A DNA stretch of 48,902 bases. Source: Deltaproteobacteria bacterium (lineage in GTDB: Bacteria > Desulfobacterota > Desulfobulbia > Desulfobulbales > S012-135). The notes beneath the pieces were generated by a model, which did not search any database, was not told the origin of the DNA, and saw only the letters and a program-made list of their open reading frames with translations. Each line of letters opens with the position of its first letter. The first letter of the stretch is position 1. The stretch covers positions 1-48,902 of the forward strand of contig WFOD01000287.1 of NCBI GenBank assembly GCA_015488275.1, read 5' to 3'. The position numbers and the translations under genes were made by a program. Positions 1 to 9,000 of the stretch are shown here, piece after piece.

Positions 1-667
1 GCATGGCCGTGAGGGCGGCCAGGCGTTTTGTGAGATGGCGGCGCAAGGCCTTGTCCGTGGTTTGGGGTAAGATGCTTTTCAGGTAGAGGATGCCAAGATC
101 GGTCTCTCCGCCATAGTAGCTGAAGCGGGCGGCAAGCCCTTTGAGAAAATCCGGGCCGCCCGGCAGGGAGGCGGCCCGCCGCAGATAGGGTGCGGCCTTT
201 TTGGCGTTTTTTTCAAAAAAGAAGGCGTTGAAGCCAAGGAGGTACCAGGGGCGAAAGTCCTCGGGCCGGGCGCGAGTGGCCTTTTTGAGCAAGCGGTTGG
301 CCTCGTCGAGTTTACCCGCATCCCAGGGGAGCGTCATGGCGGCCAGGAGATAGGGATCCCAGAACTTGGGATCGAGATCAGTGATGCGGTCCAGCATGGC
401 GATCACCTGTTCCCATTCCTTCTCGTCGAGCCGTTCTTTTTCAAGGAGTTTGTAGCCGATGTAGGAAATTGTTTTGAGAAGGAGATAGTCGGCTGTCACG
501 CCTTTGAACTCGAGCGTTAAAAGCCGCACCAGGGGAGAAGGCAACAACCCGAAATGGCTGATCGTCTCCCGTTGGTAGCGGAGTTGCAACTGGTAGGCGA
601 GGGGGACGCAAAAAACGGTCGCTGTTGCCGCCAGCAGAAAGAGTGTCCAGGCTCCCTTGCTCTTCAT
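1..667 (-). CDS. Membrane-anchored TPR-like protein of the pilin-linked ABC operon (3' end runs off the window)
   Basis: Not in the ORF track; translated by hand. ATG at 667-665 overlaps the permease stop (ATGA). The frame MKSKGAWTLFLLAATATVFCVPLAY...RITDLDPKFWDPY...EANRLLKKA...WYLLGFNAFFF... stays open to position 1, with an N-terminal hydrophobic helix and TPR-like helices. Confidence 0.8.
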   Translation of the reverse strand, partial: MKSKGAWTLFLLAATATVFCVPLAYQLQLRYQRETISHFGLLPSPLVRLLTLEFKGVTADYLLLKTISYIGYKLLEKERLDEKEWEQVIAMLDRITDLDPKFWDPYLLAAMTLPWDAGKLDEANRLLKKATRARPEDFRPWYLLGFNAFFFEKNAKKAAPYLRRAASLPGGPDFLKGLAARFSYYGGETDLGILYLKSILPQTTDKALRRHLTKRLAALTAM

Positions 668-1479
668 GTCAGATCACGTCGCTGAAAGATTGCTGTGGCG
701 AGGGCCAGGGTCGCGGCCGTATAGGCCACTCCATAGGCGAGAAGAAACAAGATGTCGGCCAGGGGCGCGAGCTGGCCGTGCGCTGCGGCCAATTTGAGGT
801 CAAAGGCGGCGAGATTGGGAAAGATGTACATGGCCGCTTTCACGGTCTGGGCGACTACAGGGGTGATGGTGACCCCTGGCACCTTGCTGGCGATGAAGTG
901 GACCATATCCCCCACGGTCTGGCCCACGCAGTAGGTGGCCACGGTCAGCAAGGTGGCGAGAAAGGAGCTCGTGGTCACTGTGGACCAGAGGACTACCGTG
1001 GCGATGAACACGGCGATGCCGAGAAAGCTGATCCCCACGGAGACGAAAACGGCGGGCCAGGAGAGGTCCTGAAAAAAGACCGCCGCATAGAGGTGCTTGC
1101 TGATGAGCAGGGCGATCACCGTTGCGCCGGTAAGGATGCCCATGATCGTGGCGCAGAGGAGCGCCAACCCGCAGAATTTGCCAAGAATATACCCTGGCCG
1201 GGAAACGGGCTTGGCGAGAATGGTAAAGACGGTGCGGCGTTCGAGGTCGCGGGCCAAGAGATGCACGGCGAGAAAGAACGGCACGAGCAGTCCTCCCAGG
1301 TTGACGGCTGTGAGGCAAAAGTCCAGCGTGATCTTGGCGATGTCGCGCATGAACAGGCCGGCGAGCAACACGGAGAAAAAGATGATCCCCACGGCGAGGA
1401 GCATGGCGCCGTAAAGGAGGCGCTGCCGTAATCCCTCCTTATAGCTGATGATGGCTACTGCGGCGGTTCCCTGGATCAT
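664..1479 (-). CDS. ABC-2 type transporter permease (PilI/Xap-like, pilin-associated)
   Basis: About 6 hydrophobic segments and an 'ERRTVFTILAKPVSRPGYILGKF' ABC-2 motif. Start MIQG at 1479 overlaps the ATPase stop (ATGA). Confidence 0.88.
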   Translation of the reverse strand: MIQGTAAVAIISYKEGLRQRLLYGAMLLAVGIIFFSVLLAGLFMRDIAKITLDFCLTAVNLGGLLVPFFLAVHLLARDLERRTVFTILAKPVSRPGYILGKFCGLALLCATIMGILTGATVIALLISKHLYAAVFFQDLSWPAVFVSVGISFLGIAVFIATVVLWSTVTTSSFLATLLTVATYCVGQTVGDMVHFIASKVPGVTITPVVAQTVKAAMYIFPNLAAFDLKLAAAHGQLAPLADILFLLAYGVAYTAATLALATAIFQRRDLT

Positions 1480-2237
1480 GGTTGCGGGGTGCCTTCTGTT
1501 TGGATGGTGGAAAGAAACAGGTGCTCCAGTGGGCTGAGGCGGCCCGCCGGATCGGCAATACCGGTCAGGTCGTCTGGCGTGACCGTGGTCTTGAGCTGTC
1601 CTTGGTCCAGGATGGCGATCCGGTCGCACATCCGTTCCACGTCGGTGAGGATATGGGAAGAAAAGAGGATGGTGTGGCCTTCGGCGTGATATTCCTGGAT
1701 CAGTTCCACGACCAGATGCCGTCCTAAAGGATCCAGCCCAGACATCGGCTCGTCGAGCACCAGAATATCCGGTTCATGCACCAGGGCGTAGGCCAGGGCG
1801 GCGCGCTGCACCATGCCCTTGGAATATTTCCGCACCGGCCGGTCGGCGGCCTCCAGCAGACTCACCCGGGCGAGGGCGCGATCGATACGGTCCCGTTCTC
1901 GCCGTGGCGACATGCCGGCCACCCGCAGGGCGAACTCCAGATGTTCTCTTGCCGTGAGATTGTCGTACAGGCAGGGATTTTCCGGCAAAAAGCCCACGAT
2001 GTTGCGGGCGGCGGGATCGGTTGGCGGCCGGTCGGCCAAAAGGACCTCGCCCTGGTCAGGACGAAGAAACCCCATGAGGATCTTGAGCGTTGTGGATTTC
2101 CCCGCCCCGTTGCGGCCAATAATGCCAAAGACTTCGCCCCGGCGGATTTCAAGGCAAAGGCCGGAGAGCGCCCGCACAGGACGCTGGCCGATGGAGGCTT
2201 TGAAGGTCTTGGAGACGTGGGTGAGGACGATATCCAT
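1476..2237 (-). CDS. ABC transporter ATP-binding protein (PilH/Xap-like)
   Basis: Walker A GRNGAGKST, signature YSKGM, Walker B ILVLDEP, H-loop SSH. Start MDIVL at 2237. Confidence 0.92.
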   Translation of the reverse strand: MDIVLTHVSKTFKASIGQRPVRALSGLCLEIRRGEVFGIIGRNGAGKSTTLKILMGFLRPDQGEVLLADRPPTDPAARNIVGFLPENPCLYDNLTAREHLEFALRVAGMSPRRERDRIDRALARVSLLEAADRPVRKYSKGMVQRAALAYALVHEPDILVLDEPMSGLDPLGRHLVVELIQEYHAEGHTILFSSHILTDVERMCDRIAILDQGQLKTTVTPDDLTGIADPAGRLSPLEHLFLSTIQTEGTPQP

Positions 2238-2341
2238 TGGCGAGAAAAGGTTGGGCCAAAGAGTTTTTGTTGCAAAGCGGGCCGTGAGAGCGGGATGGTG
2301 GTGCCGGCTCTGCTTCGCCCAGGGAGAAGATAGAAGATAAC

Positions 2342-2379
2342 AAAAAAAAGCCCCTGGCACGAGGGTGACAGGGGCTTTT
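2342..2379 (-). terminator. Rho-independent terminator after the pilin pair
   Basis: Stem AAAAGCCCCTG...CAGGGGCTTTT with an A8 tract (U tract on the minus strand), just after the stop at 2399. Confidence 0.75.
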
Positions 2380-2398
2380 GTCGGCAACGGCAAGAAGC

Positions 2399-2785
2399 TC
2401 AGGAGCTTGCGCCCATCCACTGCCAGGTTTCGCTGTCGAGAGTGGACTCGTCGGTTACGTCGCTGGGACCACTGTTGGCCTCTGCAGAGGTCTTTTGCCG
2501 CTGGGCGTAGCCGGGGTTGCCGGCCACCACCCCATACACCATGCCGTTGTCGGCGTCCGTGTTGGTGTTGGCGGACTTGGCGGCATAGGAGGTCGCCGAG
2601 GTCTTCGCCTTGATCTGGACGTTGGGGGATGTGGTGTAGGTGAAGCTGGAAGATGCGCCCGTGACGTTGCTCACGGTGATGGTGACGGTATTGCCTGATT
2701 GCGAGGAAGTCGTCGTCGCGGAAGCAGTGGTGGCAAAAATGCCGACCAGCAACGCGCAAGCGGCGATCGAGAGAATCTTCTTCAT
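2399..2785 (-). CDS. Secreted Ser/Thr-rich protein, PilA-C-like partner of the short pilin
   Basis: GGAGG RBS at 2795-2791; Sec signal MKKILSIAACALLVGIFATTASA; 128 aa and beta-rich. Sits directly downstream of the truncated pilin, as Geobacter pilA-C does. Confidence 0.7.
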   Translation of the reverse strand: MKKILSIAACALLVGIFATTASATTTSSQSGNTVTITVSNVTGASSSFTYTTSPNVQIKAKTSATSYAAKSANTNTDADNGMVYGVVAGNPGYAQRQKTSAEANSGPSDVTDESTLDSETWQWMGASS

Positions 2786-2835
2786 GGTGTCCTCCTTAGT
2801 AGGAAAAGAGAGTGGAAATCTTCGCCTCGTTGGGA

Positions 2836-3054
2836 TCAGTTGGGATACGCCTGCCATTCGGCATAGAAGCCTTCCAGGTCGGTCCTCATGTTGCGCAGGT
2901 CGGAAAGCGCCGCCGAGTTCTGCGCCCGGGCCCGGTATTTGGCGAACTGCGGAATAGCGATGGCGGCCAAGATGCCGATGATCGCCACCACGATCATCAG
3001 CTCCACCAGGGTAAAGCCCTTTTCGTTTTTTGCGGTTCTGATCCGTTGCAGCAT
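2836..3054 (-). CDS. pilA: Type IVa major pilin, truncated (PilA-N-like, 59 aa mature)
   Basis: Prepilin site KG|[22 protein letters not shown] and a GGAGG RBS. The mature sequence closely resembles G. sulfurreducens PilA-N (NSAA.SDLRN...YP). Confidence 0.92.
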   Translation of the reverse strand: MLQRIRTAKNEKGFTLVELMIVVAIIGILAAIAIPQFAKYRARAQNSAALSDLRNMRTDLEGFYAEWQAYPN

Positions 3055-3127
3055 GATAACCTCCTTGGCTGTACTGAAGTTTTCGACCGGTTTTGCCTTC
3101 TCTGGCGTCTGATGCTCCAAAAAGAGA

Positions 3128-3143
3128 ATCAAATGGTGTGCCA
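3128..3143 (-). promoter_or_regulatory. Putative sigma54 (-24/-12) promoter of pilA
   Basis: Minus strand reads TGGCAC-ACCAT-TTGAT, one mismatch to TGGCAC-N5-TTGCW, about 75 nt upstream of the ATG. Pilin genes are commonly RpoN/PilR dependent. Confidence 0.55.
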
Positions 3144-3618
3144 GAAGAGGTCGGCTTGTGCTGCCGTTGAAAATTTCTTGTTTTTTCACTGCGTTGTTCG
3201 TAGCTCTCGCGTAAAGAGCCATGCGGGGATGCCGGTGTGGGGAAGGGGGGATGACAAAATACGGCAGTCTGGGTGACGATAAGGGGCAGGCCGGGACTGG
3301 TTGAAGGTGAAAAAAAGTTTAGGGGTGGGAGGCGTTCCGGCCGGGAGAAAATGGCGAGGAACCCTTGCTTGGTTTCCAGGCGAAGTATGATAGAATCATG
3401 ACACTCTCATCAGGCGCCGTTTCCATAGCTCGATGTCTAACTTGCTGAAGATACGTCGTTCGCGTGCGTTGTGTCGGGGGCGGCGGCCGCGCCTGCCGCC
3501 GTTGCGGCGGTTTGTTTCGGTGACCGCTTGGTGAAGATGGCGTGGGTGGTGTGATTTTTGCTGTTTTTGTTTAAGGTGGAACGCGGAAAAGCCAGGGGGC
3601 AGGAAGGTAGGCGGCTTG

Positions 3619-4131
3619 ATGATGAAACGATCAGACAACGTGTGGGAGGAGGGTGGAGGGCGGAAAGACGAGACCGGATTTTCGTTGCTGGAACTCCTGG
3701 TGGTGCTCGGCGTGATGGCGGTGCTGGCGGCCACGGCCGTCCCTTTGCTCACCGACAATATTCCGCGCTTCCAGCTCAAGAGCGCTGCCCGGGTGCTGCT
3801 CGCCGATTTCCAGCGGGCCAAGGTGGAGGCGGTGAAGCGGAACTGCAACGTGGAGATCCGTTTTTCGCCAGGTGTTTATAATCCAGCAGGGGAAGTGGGG
3901 TCATACCAGATTGTGGAGATGTGCAACAACACCACCTTGCTGTCCCGCAACATGCCGCGGTGGGTAAGCCTGTATCAGACCAACTTTACGAGCAATACGA
4001 CCGGGTATCAGCCAGATGGCCTGCCCATCCGCACGGGCAGCGTCTGGTTGCGGAACAACAAATCGGTTTATTACCAATTGGCGCTGTCCGTGGCTGGCAA
4101 CGTTTCGCTCTCTATGGGGGAGTTGCCATGA
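3619..4131 (+). CDS. fimT: FimT/FimU (GspH-like) minor pilin
   Basis: G|FSLLELLVVLGV N-methyl motif and 'AKVEAVKRN' GspH/FimT motif. First gene of the minor-pilin cluster; start could be 3616, 3619 or 3622. Confidence 0.8.
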   Translation: MMKRSDNVWEEGGGRKDETGFSLLELLVVLGVMAVLAATAVPLLTDNIPRFQLKSAARVLLADFQRAKVEAVKRNCNVEIRFSPGVYNPAGEVGSYQIVEMCNNTTLLSRNMPRWVSLYQTNFTSNTTGYQPDGLPIRTGSVWLRNNKSVYYQLALSVAGNVSLSMGELP

Positions 4132-4790
4132 GTAAGAGACGTAAGCCGGGTTGGGGGAAAACGGCCGGCTTTACGCTGGTCGAGATGTTGATCGCCGTCC
4201 TCATGGCGAGCATCATTGGCGTGGCGATCTTTAACACCACCCGGACGCAGCAGGATACGTTCGTCGCCCAGGACAGCGTGGCGGCCGCGCAGCAAAATTT
4301 GCGGGCAGCGTTGCTGTTGATGACGCGGGAGATCCGTATGGCGGGCTGCGATCCAACCGGCCGGGCGGGGGCTGGCATCACAGCCGCCTCCTCGAGTTCG
4401 CTTTCCTTCACCTCGGACCTCAACGGCGACGGCGACACGGCCGATAGCGGGGAGAACCTTACCTATACACTGTATACGCCGGCCGATGGGATCCAGAAAC
4501 TCGGGCGGCGGAATCCGACGGCAACCATGCCGGTGGCCGAATATATCGCCAATCTGGAGTTTTTATACCTGCTCGCCAATGGCAGCACCACCACTGCGCC
4601 GGCGAGCAGCCAGTACGATGATATCGTCGCCGTGCGGGTGACGGTGCTCGCCCGCGCTCCGACTGCCGACGCCAAGCTCCAGGACGCCTTGAGCTTCACC
4701 ACGCCGGGCGGCAGCACCTGGACCCTTCCGACGGGCGTGCGGGGGCGGCTGGCGTCGGTGACCATCCGGTGCCGGAACCTTGGCTTGTAG
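4128..4790 (+). CDS. pilW: PilW minor pilin
   Basis: G|FTLVEMLIAV and the 'QQNLRAALLLMTREIRMAG' PilW motif; ends in RNLGL. ATGA overlap with fimT. Confidence 0.85.
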   Translation: MSKRRKPGWGKTAGFTLVEMLIAVLMASIIGVAIFNTTRTQQDTFVAQDSVAAAQQNLRAALLLMTREIRMAGCDPTGRAGAGITAASSSSLSFTSDLNGDGDTADSGENLTYTLYTPADGIQKLGRRNPTATMPVAEYIANLEFLYLLANGSTTTAPASSQYDDIVAVRVTVLARAPTADAKLQDALSFTTPGGSTWTLPTGVRGRLASVTIRCRNLGL

Positions 4791-4868
4791 GGATGATGGC
4801 CTCGTAAAAAGGCCGTCATCCGCGCCCCGGAACGGCTTTTTCGATGGACCGATTATGGAGGAGGTAGT

Positions 4869-5387
4869 GTGAGACGGTCGTTGCCGCAGCGAAACGGCTT
4901 CACCTTGATCGAAGCGCTGGTCGCCTTGAGCGTGTTCGCCGTGGGCGTGCTGGCCGTTATTTCCATGCAGGAGAGCGCCATGTCTGGCAGCGCCAAGGGG
5001 AGGTGGCTCACCGGCGCGTCAACCGCCGCGATGGACCGGCTCGAGTATGTGCTTTCGCTCGATCCTTCCACGAGCACCTTGCTCGAGGATCCTCCGGCAA
5101 GCGGCCCTGGCACCAACGCCCGGAGCGACGGCGTGGACAACGATGGTGATGGCTCGGTGGACGAAGCGGATGAGAACTACACCGTGTATTCCACCGCCTC
5201 GGATGGGATCGACAACGATGGCGACGGCTCGGTGGACGAGGACGGCGAGGCCGATGGTTATACGGTGCAGTGGTGGGTGACCTCTGGCTCGCCGGTGGCC
5301 AGCGCCAAGAGCGTGCAGGTCGTTATTTCCCACCCGCAGTTGAACAATACGGTGACCTTTTCCCTTGTGTTGGCGAGTTCGCTATGA
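4869..5387 (+). CDS. pilV: PilV minor pilin with two acidic DGxDNDGDGxVDE repeats
   Basis: GGAGGAGG RBS and GTG start; G|FTLIEALVALSVFAVGVLA motif. Confidence 0.8.
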   Translation: MRRSLPQRNGFTLIEALVALSVFAVGVLAVISMQESAMSGSAKGRWLTGASTAAMDRLEYVLSLDPSTSTLLEDPPASGPGTNARSDGVDNDGDGSVDEADENYTVYSTASDGIDNDGDGSVDEDGEADGYTVQWWVTSGSPVASAKSVQVVISHPQLNNTVTFSLVLASSL

Positions 5388-5977
5388 GCGCTGCTTCTTT
5401 CCGGTCCGAGCGCGGTTTTGTCTTGGTGATGGTCCTTGTCACCCTGATGTTGTTGGTCGTTTTGGGGGTTTCCACCACGACCCAGACATCGATCGAGCTG
5501 CAGATCGCTGGCAACGACAAGGTGGCGAAGCAGACGTTCTATACGGCGGAGAGTGCGGTTTATCACGCGGCGCAGCTCATTGAAAACGCATCGTCCACCA
5601 GCCTGGAGCAGCGGAGCTCGCTGGACTCTGCCTCCTTTGCCCCCACATCAAGCATGACGGCCAGGCCCTATCGGATGTCGGATCTGTTGTCCCTTTCCAC
5701 GGGCCCTTCTTCGCTTTTCCCTGATACGGACGGCGATGGCTCGTTGTCCGATGCCGAGATCGTGGCGGCGTTGACTGCCATGACCAACGGTGGCGTGCAG
5801 ACAGGCGCGCCGTATTCCTTTGTGATCATCGACCGTGGGATCGCCACTGGCGCCTCGCAGCGGATGGAAGGCTCCAGCGGCAGCCGGTTGCATGAGTACA
5901 CGTTGTATGGCCGGGCGGTTGTGAGCAACGCCGGCGCGGCCACCACCATAAAAATTGGATACAAACGGCGGTTTTAA
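5384..5977 (+). CDS. pilX: PilX minor pilin
   Basis: ERG|FVLVMVL (no Glu5) and the 'IAGNDK...TFYTAES' PilX motif. ATGA overlap with pilV. Confidence 0.85.
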   Translation: MSAASFRSERGFVLVMVLVTLMLLVVLGVSTTTQTSIELQIAGNDKVAKQTFYTAESAVYHAAQLIENASSTSLEQRSSLDSASFAPTSSMTARPYRMSDLLSLSTGPSSLFPDTDGDGSLSDAEIVAALTAMTNGGVQTGAPYSFVIIDRGIATGASQRMEGSSGSRLHEYTLYGRAVVSNAGAATTIKIGYKRRF

Positions 5978-6004
5978 TAGTCCGCAGAAAGCGGACGGCT
6001 AAAG

Positions 6005-9000
6005 ATGGGAGCCCCTGAGGGGGCGAGGGCTTGCGGCTCCTTGGGGGCCGGGAGGTGCTGTATGGCAGGTCGTGGTAGGCGCATGGCGGGAAGAAAGGAG
6101 GGGGCGTTGCGCGTGCGGTTGGCCAAGGCTGGGCGCTGCGGCCCTGTGATGCTAGCGCTGCAGACTCTGTTGGCCTTTCTTTTTTTCGGAAGCGGGCCCT
6201 TGGCCGCCGCCACCATAGAGGTCATCGTGGACAACGATACCCCTGGGGTGATGGACGCCTGGACCGGCTCGTGGAGTACGTCGGGCGGCCCAAATCCGTA
6301 CGGCTCCACCTCTAAGTACACCACCCAGATCGGCGCCACCGCGGTGTGGACGCCCACCTTGCCCCAAGCGGGGCTGTATCAGGTATACGTGTGGTACACC
6401 ACTATTGGCAATCGGGACGAGCAGGCGCCGTACACCATCACCCATGCCTATGGCACCTCTGAGGTGACGCAGAACCAAAAGGCGAACGGCGGTCAGTGGA
6501 ATCTGTTGGGAACCTTTTGCTTCGAGGCGGGCACGGCGGGCAAGGTGACCCTCACCCGCCGGAGCGGCACGGTGCATGGCGGCCACACCAACGCCGATGC
6601 GGTGAAGTTCGTCTATGTGCCGCCCACAGCCCTGTCGCTGGCCGATTCGCCCCTGGACGCCAAGCTCCAGCCGGCGCCGGCGAATATCATGTTCGTACTC
6701 GACGATTCGGGCAGTATGGACTGGGAGTTCATGACGCCACAAGCCGATGGGCTGTTCAACAGCCGGCGCTACGTGTTCGACAATCCGGGCGACAACGTGT
6801 ACTCCGGCGTGCTCACCGGCCAGTACCGGGGCTGGTGGAAATCCCAGTGGTGGGGCTACAATCGTATCTACTATAATCCAACGGTCACCTATACCCCCTG
6901 GCCATCAACGACCACCTACCCGATGGGCGACGCCGACCCGGACACGCCTCGCTCCCACCCGGCCCATTCCTCTCCCACCTTTAACCTGAACGCCACCTAT
7001 CATACGATCACCGTGACGCCGCCCGGCGCGGTGGTCGTGGACAACAAGGATTCTGGTTTTAGCCGCTCTTCTTACTGGAGCGAGTCCGGGGCGGTGCCTG
7101 AGTACAATGGCAGCTCGTACTATACCTATAAAACCGGCATGTGGGCCCGCTGGACGCCCAACCTGTCGCTGAGCGGCAACTACGACGTGTATGCGTTTTG
7201 GACCTGCGGCTGGAACGAGAGCGGAAAGTGCAGTTGGTCGCGGGACGAAAGCGCGCCGTACCTGATCGCTTACGATGGCGGCTCGACCACGGTTTCCGTC
7301 AACCAGCGGTACAACTATGGGCAGTGGAATCTGCTGGCCGCGAGGCTGCCTTTTCGGGCGGGGACCAGCGGCTATGTAACGTTGGAGCATAAAAGCGGTC
7401 ATGCGACGACCAGCGCCGATGCGGTGATGTTCGTGCCGTCGGGCGTCTCCATCGCCTCAGGCGTGATCATCAACGCGCATTACTATACCTTTGACGATAA
7501 GGACGGCGATGGAGAATTGGATACCGGCGAAAACGTGTATCTCGTCAACCTGACCAATCCGATCGAATATTATTTGGTGAACGACAGTGATGGCGACGAG
7601 ATGATCGAGTCGGGCGAGTTGGTGGCGGTGGCCGCCGCCGCGGTGCCGAGCACGGTCAAGACGTATGCTTCGCCCACGGCGGCGGACGCCTATACGCAAG
7701 AGCGGCAGAACTTTGCCAACTGGTATTCGTATTACCGGCGGCGGGAGTTGAGCGCCACCGCCGCGGTGGCCAGCGTGATCGACGGCGTGAGCGGCGTGCG
7801 GATCGGCATCCGGAGCATCAACGGCAAGATCGTCCAGCCGGTGCTCGATATCGACACCTCGTCTGGCGACTATACCGAGCAGTTGCTCGACATCCTTTAT
7901 TCCTACTCCATTTCCGCGCAAGGCACGCCGTTGCGGCGCGGCTTGCAGATGGTGGGCCAGTACTTTCATGCCGCGGACGGCAAGACCGGCGGGCTTGGCT
8001 CGTCACCCATCGCCACGGCGGCGGATGGTGGCGAGTGCCAGCAGAACTTCGCCATTGTCATGACCGATGGGTACTATAACGGTCCCTCGCCTGGGGTGGG
8101 CAACGTCGATGGCGACAACGGCGCGCCCTATGCCGATCTCTACGGTGAGACACTGGCCGATGTGGCGATGTACTACTACGAGAACGACCTTGCGCCGACC
8201 TTGAGCAACCAGGTGCCAGCCACCGACGAGGACCCCGCCACCCATCAGCACATGGTGACCTACGGCATTTCCTTTGGCGTGATCGGCACCCTCAATCCGG
8301 CGGACTATGATTTTGCCAACGGGATCTATCCCACCTGGCCCAATCCCTACGCCCCGCCTGCCTCTCATCGGATCGACGACCTCTGGCACGCCACGGTCAA
8401 CGGCCGGGGCACCTTTGTCAGCGCCGGCAATCCCACGGAGCTCACCAACGCCATTTTGGCCGTGTTGGAGAACATCGAGTCCCGTTCCGGTTCGTCGGCC
8501 GCCGTGGCGGTGAACGGCGATGAACTGTACGAAAGCATTGATGAGGAGATCCGCATGTTCCAGTCGGTGTACAATACAGACGGCTGGTGGGGAGACCTGA
8601 TCGCCTACGAGTTGGATTCCGACACCGGCGCGGTGGTGACCGATTCGCCGTTGTGGGCCGCGGCCACGGTGTTGGAAAACTTTCTCGACACCAATGGCCA
8701 CGATCAGCGCCTCATCGCCACCATGCTCCCCAATGGCACGGGGACGCCCTTCCGCTACGCCAGTCTGGACGCCAGCCAGCAGACGCTCCTCTCCGCCGAT
8801 CCGGCAACGGCCCAGGACATCCTCGCCTTCATCAGGGGCGATAATTCGCAGGAACAGGCAAACGGCGGGTCGTTCCGCGACCGGGTCAAGCGGCTTGGCG
8901 ATATCGTGCACTCCATGGCCGCCTACGATGAGGCCAACGATCTGTTGTTCGTCGGCGCCAACGACGGTATGCTGCACGCCTTCGATCCCGCCACGGGCGC

